A stretch of 64,000 nt of DNA from the human T2T-CHM13v2.0 reference genome, Homo sapiens, in NCBI RefSeq assembly GCF_009914755.1, contig NC_060938.1. One strand, 5' to 3'. Numbering within the stretch: the first letter of the stretch is position 1; each line of letters starts with the position of its first letter. This document shows positions 34,145 to 55,644 of this stretch, one piece after another. The notes beneath the pieces are model-generated. The model had not been told where the DNA came from, ran no database searches, and was given only the letters and a program-made list of their open reading frames with translations. Both the position numbers and the translations under genes were made by a program.

Positions 34145-34442
34145 GGCAGGATGCAGGGGCTCATGCCTGTAATGCCAGCACTTCAAGAAGCCGAGGTGAG
34201 TGAATTGCTTGAGCTCAGAAGTTTGAAACCAGCCTGGGCAACATGGCAAAACCCTGTCTCTACAGAAAAATACAAAAATTAGTCAGGTGTGGTGGCATGT
34301 GCCTGTAGTCCCAGCTACTCAGGAAGCTGAGGTGGGAGGATGGCTTAAGCCTGGGAGGCAGAGGTTGCAGTGAGCCAGGATTGCATCACTGAACTCCAGA
34401 GTGGGTGACAGAGCAAGACCCTGTCTCAAAAAAAAAAAAAAA
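34145..34442 (+). mobile_element. AluJ-like element
   Basis: Dimeric Alu with poly(A), inside L1 ORF2. Confidence 0.9.
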
Positions 34443-36125
34443 TTGAGAAATAGACAAAACAATCCTAAAATTTATGTGGAACCACAGAATAGCCAACACT
34501 ATCCTAAGCAAAAATAATAAAACTGGAGGAATCACATTACCTGACTTCAAATTATACTACAAAGCTATAGTAACCAAAATGACATGGTACTGGTGTAAAA
34601 ACAGACACATAGGACAATGGAACAGAATAAAGAACCCACAAACAAATCATCACACCTACAGTGAAGTCATTTTTTACAAAGATGCCAGGAACATACACTG
34701 GGGAAAAGACAGTCTCTTCACTGAATGGTGCTAGGAAAACTGGATATCCATATACAGAAGAATGAAACTAGGCCCCTATGTCTCAATGTATTCAAAAATA
34801 AAATCAAAACAGGTTAAAGACTTATATCTAAGACCTCAAACTATGAAATTACTACAAGAAAATATTGGGGAAATTCTCCAGGACAATGCTCTGGGCAAAA
34901 ATTTCTTGAGGCATACCCCACAAGCACAGGCAATCAAAGCAAAAATGGACAAATGAGATCACGTCAAGTTAAAAAGCTTCTGCAAAGCAAAGGAAACTGT
35001 CAACAAAATGAAGAGACAACCCACAGAATGGAAGAAAATATTTTCAAACTACCTATCTGACAAGGGATTAATAACCAGAATATATAAGGAGCTCAAACAA
35101 CTCTATAGGAAAAAAATATAACAATCCAATTAAAAAATGGGCAAAAGATCTGAATAGACCTTTCTCAAAAGGAGACATACTAATGGCAAGCAGGTGTATG
35201 AAAATATGCTCAACATCATTGATCATCAGCAAATCGAAACTATAATGAGATATCTTTTTACCCTAGTTAAAATGGCCTTTATCTTAAAGACAGGCAATAA
35301 CCAATGCTGGTGAGGATGTGGAGAAAAGGGAAACCTCATACACTGTTGGTGGGAATGTAAATTAGTACAATCACTATGGAGAACAGTTTGGAGGTTCCTC
35401 ACAGAAATGAACATAGAGCTACCATATGATCCAGCAATCCCACTCCTGGGTATATACTCCAAAGAAAGTAAACAGTATATCAAAGAGATATCTGCACTCC
35501 TATGTTTGTTCCAGCACTGCTTACAATAGCTAAGATTTGGAAGCAACCTAAGTGTCCATTAACAGATGAATGGATAAAGAAAATGTGGTACATATACATA
35601 ATGGAGTACTACTCAGCCATTAACAACAATGAGCTCCTATAATTTTCATTTGCAGCAACATGGATGGAACTGGAGGTCATGTTAAGTGAAATAAGCCAGG
35701 CACAAACATTGCATGTTCTCGCTTATCTGTGGAATGTAAAAATCAAAACAATTGAACTTGTGGACACAGAGCAGCAGTAGAATCGTTACCAGAGGCTGGG
35801 AAGGGGACGTGGTGGTGGAGGGGAGGTTGGGATAGCTAATAGGTTTTAAAAAATAGAAAGAATGAATAAGACCTACTATTTGATATCACAACAGGGTGCC
35901 TATAGTCAATAATAAATTAATTCTACATTTTAAAATAACTTAAAAAGCGTAATTGGATTGTTTGTAACACAAAGGAAAAATGCTAGAGGGAATGGATATT
36001 CCATTCTCCATGATGTGATTATTTAATATCGCATGACTGTATCAAAACATCTCATGTACCCCACAAATGCATATACCTACTATGAACCCACAAAAATTAA
36101 AAAAAAAAAACTAAAAAAACTAGCA

Positions 36126-36231
36126 GTGCTCACTTTGGAAGCAAATACTAAAATTGGAATAATACACAGAATATTATCATGGCCCCTTGCACAAGGATGA
36201 CACACAAATTTGTGAAGTACTCTATATTTTT
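36126..36231 (+). pseudogene. U6 snRNA retro-pseudogene, full length, diverged
   Basis: gtgctcactttgg...tactaaaattggaa...catggcccc..gc.caaggatgacac.caaatt.gtgaag...atattttt aligns end to end with U6; ACAGAGA box altered. Confidence 0.92.
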
Positions 36232-38609
36232 ATATTAAATAAAATTATTATTTAAAAATTTTTAAAAACTAAAGAATTTTAATACACAGTTTGGAAAAAC
36301 ATGCTATATAGTTTCTAAGTAGCCCATAGTGAAAAATAACATAATAAATAATTTTTAATTTCCAAAAATAAAAGTAAAAATAGACCAATGCTGTAAGAAC
36401 TGCTTCTTATAGCATAGTAAAAAGAAAAAAAAAAAAAAAGGAGTGGCCAAGATGGCCGAATAGAAGCAGATAGTGTGCATGGCTCTCATGGAGAGGAAGA
36501 GAAGGGGTGAATAAATACAATACCTTCAATTGAAACATCCAGGTACTCGCACTGGGGTTAATCAAGGAAACAGCCTTACCCACAGAGAACAAACAAAAGC
36601 AAGACAGGACAATGGCCCACCTAGCAGCGACATGGAGCCATGGGATTCCCCCCTGCCCAGGGAAGCAGTGAGTGAATGAGCAGCCCTGGGAAACCATGCT
36701 TCTCCCACAGATCTTTGCAACTTGCTGGTCAAGAGGTCTCCTTGTGAACGCACTCCACCAGGGCCTTCAGTCTTCAGTTTGACAGACAGAACTAGGTGGA
36801 GTCTTGGCATAGCAGCTGCTCAGGCACGCATGGAGACCCTGCAGCCTTAGATGCTAAGGCTTTCTAGAAAACGTAGCTGCAGCTCCAGCAAAGTGGGAGG
36901 TTAGACTCCTGTGCATGCCCCTAGGAAAGAGGATGAATCCAGGGGGCTGAGCAGCAACAGCCCACGGACCCCACTTCCACAGCACTTCACAAGATAAGAC
37001 CCACTGACTTGGAATTCCAGCAGCTACCAGTAGTGGCACTGCACCTCCCTAAGAAGGAGCTCCCTGGGGTTGGGGTGGGCCACCACCATTGCTGTTCAGG
37101 CACCTTAGTCATTCCAGCCTTCAGGCTTTGGAGAGTCTGAGCTGACCTGGGGCAGAAGGGATCCCCCAGAACAGTACAGCCACTCTACCAAAATGTGGCC
37201 AGACTGCTGCTTTAAGCAGGTACCCAATCCTGTTCCTCCTTACTGAGCAGGACCTCCCAACTCAGGCCTCAAGCCACCCCACCTAGGCACTCCAACCAAC
37301 AGAGATCTGAATTACTCTTGGCATGGCACTCCCAGAGGGAGGGGAAGGCCACCATCTTTACTGTTTGGGTGACTTAGCTATTCCAGCCTTTGGACTTTGG
37401 AGTGTCTGGGGTGACTGGGCCCTGAAGTGGACCCCCAGTGCTGCACAGAAAAGCTGCTCTACAAAAACGTGGCCAGACTGCTTTTTAAAATGGGTCCTGA
37501 TCCCATTCCTCCTTACTGGGCAGGACCTCCCAACCGGGGTCTCTAGCCACTTCCTATAGGTGACTTTGGGCCAGCAACAGGTCCATACCTCCCTTGGCAA
37601 AGCTCCCAAGGGAACTGCCCTTGCCACCGTCAGATTAGTGAAGAAGTAGAGACCCTAAGTGCCTTATTCATACCTCCAGTGAGCTGCAGTTGACCCAAGG
37701 GGAGGACGTCAGTCCATCTCCCACGGGTCCCATATAGCCCCCATGGCTTATCAACAGACAGGGAACCCCTGGCTTGGGCCCACAGCACAAACTCTCCATC
37801 TTGGGTTGACTGCACTGAGCAATTGCTGACCTGCATCTCTCTGAGTTGGAGTCCCAAGGAATCAAGCAAATGACCCTTGGCCACAACCACTACTAAGATC
37901 TCTTCCTCTGCGCCGCTAAGCTGGGAAAAGAACATAAACACTGAAATCACCCAAGAGCTGCAGTGGGCAGCCCAGGACTGCCAAATCGTGAACTACACCC
38001 TGTACTTAACGGGGAGAGGAACCACATTTTCAGAGCACTGAGAGGGAACATGACTGCAACTGCAGGAAAACACAGGGGAGCCACACAAAGGGGCAAGAGT
38101 CTACCAACTGACCAATAAGCCTAAGTGTACCTGCTGGATCACATCCCAAGGCTTCAACACCAAAAATACCTCATTAACATACCTCCCTCTGAAATCAGAG
38201 ACAAGAAGTCAGCTTCAAATAAAGACCCTACACAATGTCTTGGTCCAGTGAAAACATCCAGAAAAGAAATCTATTGACTGTGTTCAATCTTTACTGCAGT
38301 TAAGGGAACACTCACACACACAGATGAGAAAGAACCAAGGTAAGAACTTTGGTACCTGTCATATTTCCTCCAAATGACTGCAGCAGTTCTCCAACAACAG
38401 TTCTTAACCAGGCTGCACTGGCTGGAATGACAGAAATAGAATTCAGAATATGGATAGGAACAAAGATCACCAAGACTCAGGAGGATGGCAAAACTCAATC
38501 CAAGGAAAATGGAAATCACAATGAAGTGATATAGGAGATGAAGAATGAAATAACAAGTATAAAAAAGAAACTAACAGGTCTGGCAGAGCTGAATAACACA
38601 AGAATTTCA

Positions 38610-39104
<495 letters not shown>

Positions 39105-40904
39105 CTATGAATCACTGGTGTCCCTGAAAGGGAGGGGGAGAAACCAAACAACTTGGAACATATATTTCAAGATATCATCCATGAAAATTGTCCCAATCTT
39201 GCTAGGGAGGCCAACAGTAAAATTGAGGAAACACAGAGAACTCCTGCAAGATTCTACATAAGATCATTCCCAAAATCAAGGATTTTCCAAGGTTGAAATC
39301 AAAGAAAGAATGTTAAAGGCAGCTAGAGAGAAAGCACAGGTCACCTACAAAAGGATCCCCATCAGTGGGATATCACCACTGATCCCACAGAAATACAAAC
39401 TACCATCAGGGAATACTAAAAACACCTCTACGCAAATAAACTAGAAAATCTAGAAGAAACAGATAAATTCCTGGACACATACACCCTCCCAACACTAAAG
39501 CAGGAAGAAGTTGAATCCCTGAATAGACCAATAACAAGTTCTGAAATTGAGGCAGTAATTAATAGCCTACCAACCAAAACAAGCCCAGGACCAGACAGAT
39601 TCACAGAAAAATTCTACCAGAGGTACAAAGAGGAGCTGGTACCATTCCTTCTGAAACTATTCCAAACAACAGAAAAAGAGGGACTCCTCCCTAACTCATT
39701 TTATGAGGCCAGCATCATCCTGATACAAAAACCTGGCAGAGACACAACAAAAAAAGAAAATTTCAGGCCAGTATCCCTGATGAACATCGATGCAAAAATC
39801 CTCAATAAAATACTGGCAAACAGAATCCAGCAGCACATCAGAAAGCTTATCCACCACGATCAAGTCAGCTTCATCACTGGGATGCAAGGCTGGTTCAACA
39901 TATGCAAATCAATAAATATAATCCATCACAGAAACAGGACCAATGATAAAAACCACATGATTATCTCAATAAATGAAGAAAAGGCTTTGATAAAATTTAA
40001 CACCCCTTCATGCTAAAAACACTCAATAAACTAGGTACTGATGGAACATATCTCACAATAATATGAGCTATTTCTAACAAACCCAGAGCCAATATCATAC
40101 TGAATGGGCAAAAGCTGAAAGTACTCCCTTTGAAAACCAACACAAGACAAGGATGACCTCTCTAACCACTCTTATTCAACATAGTGTGGAAGTTCTGGCC
40201 AGGGCAATCAGGTCAGAGAAATTTTAAAAAGCATATTCAAATAGGAAGACAGGAAGTCAAATTATTTCTCTTTGCAGATGAAATGATTGTATATTTAGAA
40301 AACCCCATCATCTCAGCCCAAAATCTCCTTACTTTGATAGGCAACTTGAGTAAAGTCTCAGGATACAAAATCAATGTGCAAAAATCACAAACATTCCCAT
40401 ACACCAATAATAGACAAACAGGGAGCCAAATCGTAAGTGAACTCCCATTCACAATTTCTACAAAGAAAATAAAATACCTAGGAATACAAGTTACAAGGGA
40501 CATGAAGGACTGCTTTAAGGAGAACTATAAACCACTGCTTAAGGAAATAAGAAAGAACACAAACAAGTGGAAAAACATTCCATATTCATGAATAGGAAGA
40601 ATCAATATTGTGAAAATGGCCATACTGCCCAAAGTAATTTATAGATTCAATGCTATTTCCATCAAGCCATCATTGACTTTCTTCACAGAACTAGAAATAA
40701 CTACCTTAAATTTCATATGGAATCAAAAATGAGCCTGTATAGCCAAGACAATCCTAAGCAAAAAGAACAAAGTGGGAGGCATCATGCTACCCGACTTCAA
40801 ACAATACTACAAGGCTACAGTAACCATATACACCAATGGAACACAACAGAGGCCTCAGAAATAATGCCACACATCTACAACCATCTGATCTTTGACAAAC
40901 CTGA

Positions 40905-41057
<153 letters not shown>

Positions 41058-41332
41058 TAAATCCTAGAATAAAACCTAGGCAATACCATTCAGGACATAG
41101 GCATGGGGAAAGACTTCATGACTAAAACGCCAAAAGCAATGGCAACAAAAGCCCAAATTGAAAAATGGGATCTAATTAAAGAATTTCTTCACAGCAAAAG
41201 AAACTATCATTAGAGTGAACAGGCAACCTACAGAATGGGAGAAAATGTTTGCAGTCTATCCATCTGACAAAGGTCTAATATCCAGAATCTACAAGGAACT
41301 GAAACAAATTTACAAGAAAAAACCAACAACCC

Positions 41333-47480
<6,148 letters not shown>

Positions 47481-47664
47481 AAGAAAAAACAAACAACCCC
47501 ATCAAAAAGTGGACAAAGGATATGAACAGATGCTTCTCAAAAGAAGACATTTATGTGGCCAACAAACATATGAAAAAAAGCCTGTCATCACTGATCATTA
47601 GTGAAATGCAAATCAAAACCACAATGAGATACCATCTCACACCAGTTAGAATGGCGATCATTAA

Positions 47665-48022
<358 letters not shown>

Positions 48023-50531
48023 GAAACTGGAATGTTTTTATGCTGTTGATGGAAGTGTAAATTAGTTCAACCATTGTGTAAGCCAGTCTGGCAATTCCTC
48101 AAGGCTCTAGAACCAGAAATACCATTTTACCCAGCAGTCCCATTACTGGGTATATACCCAAAGGATTATAAATCATTCTACTATAAAGACACATGCACAT
48201 GTATGTTTATTGCAGCACTATTCACAATAGCAAAGACTCGGAACCAACCCAAATCCCCATCAATGATAGACTAGATAAGGAAAATGTGGCACATATACAC
48301 CATGGAATACTATGCAGCCATAAAAAAGAATTTCGTGTCCTTTGCAGGAACATGGCTGAAGCTGGAAACCATCATTCTCAACAAACTAACACAGGAACAG
48401 AAAACCAAACACCGCATGTTCTCACTCATAAGTGGGAGTTGAACAATGAGAACACATGGACACAGGGAGGGGAACATCACACACCAGGGACTGTCAGGGG
48501 TGGGAGGAAAGTGGAGGAAGAGCATTAGGACAAATACCTAATGCATGTGGGGCTTAAAACCTAAATGACAAGTTGATAGGTGCAGCAAACCACCATGGCA
48601 CATGTATACCTATGTAATAAACCTGCATGTTCTGCACTTGTATCCCAGAACTTAAAGTATAATAAATAAATAAAGAAAAAAGTAAATGTATCCAAAAGAC
48701 AAGACATATTAATGTTAAAACCATTATGAAATTTTTAACAATCCTTAAAAAAATAAAAAATAAAACCAGAAATAACAGGAGGAATTTTTTTAAATTTACA
48801 TAATACATGAAAATTAAACATGTTACTGAACAACTGATGGCTCTTCAAATAAGAAATTAAAAAGGGAAATTAAATAATATCTTGGGACAAACAAAAATGG
48901 ACACACACCATACCCAGAACTTATGGAATGCAGCAAAAGCAGTTCTAAGACAGAAGTTTGTAGCAATAAATGCTTTTATCAAAAAGGGGAGGATTTTGAA
49001 AAAGCAACCTAACTTGACACTTGACAGAATTAGAAAAACAAGAACTAAGCCCAAAGCAAGCAGAAGAAAGGAAATAATAAACATCTGAGAGGAATAAATT
49101 AAATAGAGACTGGAATATATTAAATAGAAAATAGAAAAGACCAACAAAACTGAGAGTTGGGTTTTGAAGAGATAAACAAAATGGACAAATCTTGAGATGG
49201 ACTAACTAAAAAAAATAGAAAACTCAAATAAATAAAATCAAAAATGAAAGAGGAGACATTACAACTGGTACTACAGAAATACAAAGGATCATAAGAGACT
49301 ACTGTGAACAATTATAAGCCAAAATATTGGATAACCTAGAAGAAATGGATAAATTCCTACAACATTACAACCTACCAAGACAGAATTATAAAAAAAAAAA
49401 GATCATCTGAAAAAAACCAATAAGTAAGGTGATTGAATTAGTAATAAAAAATCTCCCATCAAAGCCTCAGAACTTGATGGCTTCCCTGATGAATTCCGCC
49501 AAACATGTAAAAAGACCTAACACCAACGCTACTCAAACTCTTCAAAAAAAAATTGAAGAGGAGGAAATAGTTTCAAATTATTTTTATGTGGTCAGCATTA
49601 CCCTGATACCAAAGCCAGCTAAGGACACTACAAGAAAAGAAAATTACAGACGAATATATCTGATGAACATGGGTGCAAAATGCTCAACAAAATACTAGCC
49701 AACCAAATTTAATAGCACATTAAAAGGATTGTTCACCATGATCAAGTGGGATTTATCTCTGGGATGCAAGGATAGTCAAAATACACTAATCAGTAAATGC
49801 AATACATCACATTAACAGAATGAAGGGTAAAAACTATGATTCTCTAATGAATGCAGAAAAGGCATAGACAAAACTCAACATCCTTTCATGATTAAAAATT
49901 CCAACAACTTAGATATAGAAGAAAATTTCCCCAACACAATAAAGGCCATATATAACTAGCTCACAGCTAACATCATAATCAGTAAGATAAAACTAAAAGC
50001 TTTTTCTTTAAGATGCAGTACAAGGCAAGGATGCCCTCCCTCGCTAATTCAGTACAATATAGTACTGGGACTTTTAGCCAGAGTAATCAGATGAAAGAAA
50101 AACAATCATCTAAATTAGAAAGGAAGAAGTTAAATTATCTGTTTGTAGATGACATGATCTCATGTACAGAAAACCCCAAAGACTTCATCAAAAGCTAATA
50201 CATGAATATAATAAAATTTCAGGATACAAATCTACATACAGAAATCAGTAGCATTCTTATACCAACAGCAAACTATCTGAAAAATAAATCAAGAAAACAA
50301 TCCCATTTACAACTGCTATGAAGAAATAAAATATTTAGGAATAAATTTAACCAATGAGGTGAAAAAAATCTGTACCTTGGAAACTATAAAACATTGATGA
50401 AAGAAATTGAAGGAGACACAAATAAATGGAAAGATATTCTGTGCTCATGAATTGAATTAAAAAACGTCCATACTACTCAAAGCAATCTATAGATTCAACG
50501 CAATCCCTCTCAAAATCCTAATGGCATTTTT

Positions 50532-50980
50532 TGCCTATCAATGATAGACTGGATAAAGAAAATGTGCCACATATACACCATGGAATACTATGCAGCCATT
50601 AAAAAGGATGAGTTCATGTCCTTTGCAGGGACATGGATGAAGCTGGAAATCATCATTCTCAGCTGTTCTTTGCAGGGACATGGATGAAGCTGGAAATCAT
50701 CATTTTCAGCAGACTAACACAGGAACAGAAAACCAAACCCCTCATGTTCTCACTCATAAGTGGGAGTTGAACAATAAGAACACATGGACACAGGGAGGGG
50801 AACATCATACACCAGGGCCTGTTGGGGGGTGGGGGCACTAGGGGAGGGATAGTATTAGGAGAAACACCTAATATAGATGATGGGGTGATGAGTGCAGCAA
50901 ACCGCCATGGCACGTGCATACCTATGTAACAAAACTGCATGTTCTGCACATGTATCCCAGAACTTAAAGTATAATAAAAA
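50532..50980 (+). mobile_element. short 5'-truncated L1PA (PA7-like) with 20-bp TSD and internal 43-bp duplication
   Basis: TSD aaaatcct(a/g)atggcattttt at 50512-50531 and 50981-51000; duplicated ctttgcagggacatggatgaagctgg... at 50621-50663 and 50668-50710. Confidence 0.9.
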
Positions 50981-51038
50981 AAAATCCTGATGGCATTTTT
51001 CATAGAAATAGAAAAACAGCCCTAAAATTTGTATGGAA

Positions 51039-51039
<1 letters not shown>

Positions 51040-51083
<44 letters not shown>
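51040..51083. repeat. (CA)n microsatellite
   Basis: About 21 perfect units. Confidence 0.95.
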
Positions 51084-51085
<2 letters not shown>

Positions 51086-51796
51086 GAACAGCCAAAGCAA
51101 TTTTGAGCATAAAGAACAAAGCTGAAGAAGGCATCATACTACCTGATTTCAAAATATACTACAAAGGTATAGTAATCAAAACAGTATGGTAATGGCATAA
51201 AAACAGACACATAGCCCAATGGAACATAATAGAGAGCTTAGAAATAAACACATATTTATGGTCCATTGACCTTTGACAAACATGCCAAGAACACAAAATG
51301 GGGTATAATGCTTGCAGTGGAAGGAAAACATATCATTATTTGCAGATAATATGATTGTCCATATAGGAAATCAAACAGAAAAAGCTTGAAACTAACCATT
51401 AAAACTAATGAGAGCTAAACAAATTTCCTAAATACAAGAACAACATGCAAACGTAAATACCATTATTATACACAAGAGATAATTATAAAATGCAGTAGAA
51501 AAAAGTACACACATTAGCAAAATAAAATGTCTTAACTTATTGAGGAATAAATATTTTTTAAAAGGATGTACATACCTTTAGACATATATTTTAAAACATT
51601 ATTGAAGCACAAAAAAGAACTGAGGAAATTGAGATATGTATCATATTGGTGATTAAAACAAGTCAAATTCTAGTCAAAATCCCAAGGGAATATTTCATAG
51701 GATAGACAAATTTACTCAAACTATGTGAGGTGATGGATATGTCAATTAAGTTGATTGTGGTAATCATTTCATAATGTATACCTATATCAAAACATC

Positions 51797-52284
<488 letters not shown>

Positions 52285-52363
52285 TTATTTTTAATGTATG
52301 ATAATTAAAACAATGTGGAATTGGTATAGGAACAGACAAACATACAACAAGATTTAAAATGTA

Positions 52364-52670
52364 GGCCGGGTGAGGTGGCTTACACCTGTAATCCCAGCAC
52401 TTCAGGAGGCTGAGGCAGGCAGATCACTTGAGTCCAAGAGTTCAAGACCAGCCTGGGCAACATGGTGAAACCCCATCTCTACTAAAAATACGAAAAATTG
52501 ACCGGGTGTGGTGGCATGTGCTTGCTGTCCAAGCTACTCAGGAGGCTGAGGTGGAAGGATCATTTGAGCCCAGAAGGTAGAGGCTGTGGTGAGCTAAGAT
52601 CTCACCACTGCACTCCAGCCTGGGCAACAGAGTGAGACTCTATCTAAAAAAAGAAAAAAAAAGAAAAAAA
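52364..52670 (+). mobile_element. AluJ-like element
   Basis: ggccgggtgaggtggct start; TSD-like aagatttaaa on both sides. Confidence 0.9.
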
Positions 52671-52896
52671 AGATTTAAATCGCTAGAAATAGTCATGTAT
52701 ATATATACACACACATATAAAACCAGGGTTCAGCAAAATTGGCTTTCCATATGGAAAAATAAAATTCTATCTATACATCACAGAGACACAACATATTTCA
52801 AAAAGAATAAAGACCTAAATATGAAAAAAAAACTCCTCTTAAACTACTAGAAAAATAAGGAATGTCTTTATGATCTGAGGGTAGAAAAATATTTCT

Positions 52897-53241
<345 letters not shown>

Positions 53242-53719
53242 CTACTTAACAAATTTTAAATTCTATCACTATAAACAAAGTAAAGGATATTTTTTAATTT
53301 GGTGAAAAAGCATAGATAGTATAAAATAGAACAGTCTGGTTACTATGAAAATCTATAACGATAACAAAAATCATCCAAATAATGGACATCTACATGTCCA
53401 TCAAAATTATGTATTATTTTGTAATGTATGTATAAAGGAAATAGTCTGGAATCTTGCCAAATAAGCTGATAAAGTTTCCTCTTGACAGGCGAACAGTAAA
53501 ATGGGATTACAATTCTATCTACAAAATTTTAATGTTTCACAAAATGAATGTTCATGTCTTTACTTCTGGTATAATAAAAAAAAAAATAACAGGGAAGACA
53601 GAGAGGAACAGGGTAAGGAAGGTAAAGAACAGAAGGAAGAAGAAAGGGAAGCCAGAGGAGAAAAAGGAAAAATAGGACGAGGAGAAAGAAAGCGGAGGGT
53701 GAAAGGGAGGAGGAAGTGA

Positions 53720-53990
53720 ATTACTGAAACGAAAAATCAAATATTGCATGTTCTCACTTATGAATGGGAGCTAAACAATGGGTACACATGGACATAAAGA
53801 TGGAAACAATACTCACCAGGGTCTCCAAAACAGAGGAAGATGGAAGTGGGGTGAGTTGAAAAGTTACCTATCAGGTATAATGTTCACTAATGGGTACACT
53901 AGTAGCCCAATCCCATCAGTATGAGATACACCCATGTAACAAACATACACATGGACCCCCTGAATCTAAATAAAAACTTTTTAAAAAGAA
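53720..53990 (+). mobile_element. L1 3' UTR fragment (L1PB/MA-like)
   Basis: gcatgttctcacttatgaatgggagctaaacaatgggtacacatggac...gaatctaaataaaa. Confidence 0.8.
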
Positions 53991-55092
53991 ATTCACGTGA
54001 GAATGGAAGGGAAGGTTTTTTGTTGTTTTGTTTTGTTTTGTTTTGGTCACTTAGCCACCTATACCCATGTCCAAAGTGAGTGGTTTCCCTATTCTGTCAG
54101 TCCCTGTCTCCCCAGTCTCTGCATTCTTCCTGTAGCTCCAGCCGTAACCCAAGCAGGAAGGTCCAACGCTGGCACCTCTTTCTAGAATGGAGACTGATGT
54201 TGGCTAAACAGCTTTAGACTAACATCCTGGGCTCGATATAAAATTCCTCTTCCTCCTAGCCAGCTGTTCCTTGCACTCATGTGTAAGTTTTATTTTCTCT
54301 GCTTTCTCCTGAGATTAGAGGCTAGCTTGTTCCCTAATGTTGATTAGTGGGGTTCTACCTTGCTCTCTGTGCTTTAGTCCCCATCAAGGTTATGACACCA
54401 GTACCCTAGTCACTTTAAGATTAGGACCTCTGAGGAACTAAAGACTTACGTACTTCTATCAGCTTCAGTTACATATCAACTTTGAGGAGAACTGAATGGA
54501 TGAATCCCAGCTACCTAATGACAGGCTTCCCAGAAGCCAATTCTCCATGTCTGTCTGTAGACTTCAAGGATTACATGAGGGCACCATGAAGCCAAAGAGT
54601 GACAAAAGGACATCATGCCTGCTAAAAATTGAAAGAATATATTCAAGATGCTATATGAGTCATTACCCAGATAGGAAAACCACAGCATGTCAGTTACTTT
54701 AAAAGCAATAATTCAACATACAGAATGGTTAAATACAAAAGTGGCTAAACAAGTATCAGAGGACTGAAACGTGGAAAGGAAACACTAAGATAACAAAAAC
54801 ATAACAGAAGATGAGAAGCCCAGGTTCTCTCTCATGGAAGGACAAGGTGTCCCCAGGGGTCAGCAGCCAGACTTGAGCTTTCAGCTAATTCACGGTTTGA
54901 CACAGCTGCAGTGAGTTAGCCTGCCCCCAAGAACTGGTAACAAGGACTCTATTTCTGGTGATAGGTGGAGTACAAACAGCCCCTGGCACAAGGTGGGCAT
55001 TCCAATGGTTAAAACTCTCATAAGTAGTGACTAGGGATATGTGCCACTGAGGAAGAAATCACTGACAGATGAGACAGGGCAAGGGTTTGAGT

Positions 55093-55640
55093 TGTATTCA
55101 TTTTCTAAACTATATAACAAATTACCACAAGCTTAGTGTCTTAAGCAAAATACATTTATTATCTCACAGTTTCCATTTGTGAGGAGTTGGGGCAGGCTTA
55201 GCTAGGTCTTTGGCTCAGGGTCCCACAAGGCTACAATCAAGGCACTAGCTGAGCTGCATTCTCATCAAAGGCTGGACTGGGGAAAGATCTGCTTCCAAGC
55301 TCACTCAGGTTGTTGCGGGTTTCATTTTCTGGCAGTTGTAGAACTCATGGCCGCTGGCTTCTTCAAAGCCACCAACAGAAGTGTCTGCAGCTTTAAGTCT
55401 TACCTCCAGACCCTTCTTAAAAGGGATCACCTGGTGCTACCCAGGAAAATCTCCCTTTTGATTAACTTAAAGTCAATTAGTTAAGGGCCTTAATGACATC
55501 TGCAAAATTCCCACATTTGCGATAGTCTGGTTAGAAGCAAGTTACAGGTCTCACTCAAGCTTGAGGGGAGAAGAATACATAAAGGCAGATACCAGGGGGA
55601 TGGGATGCAAGGGGGGCATCTTAGAATTCTGCCTACCACA
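55093..55640 (-). mobile_element. MLT1-family solo LTR
   Basis: tgtatt...taacaaattaccaca.gcttagtg.cttaa.caa..catttattatctcacagtttc and terminal tctgcctaccaca. Confidence 0.8.
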
Positions 55641-55644
55641 AGAG

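Larger units (their letters stand above)
48780..51305 (+). mobile_element. old L1M ORF2 remnant
   Basis: Decayed ORF2 (NLWNAAKAVLRQKF, LFVDDMI, GIILPDFKIYYK). Confidence 0.8.

Noticed and set aside
53590-53720. Purine-rich tract with Lys/Glu/Arg-rich ORFs
   Set aside because: Low-complexity GA sequence with no coding signal.
54000-55090. Unassigned segment with short ORFs
   Set aside because: No recognisable domain or structure; probably old LTR-derived, needs a Dfam search.
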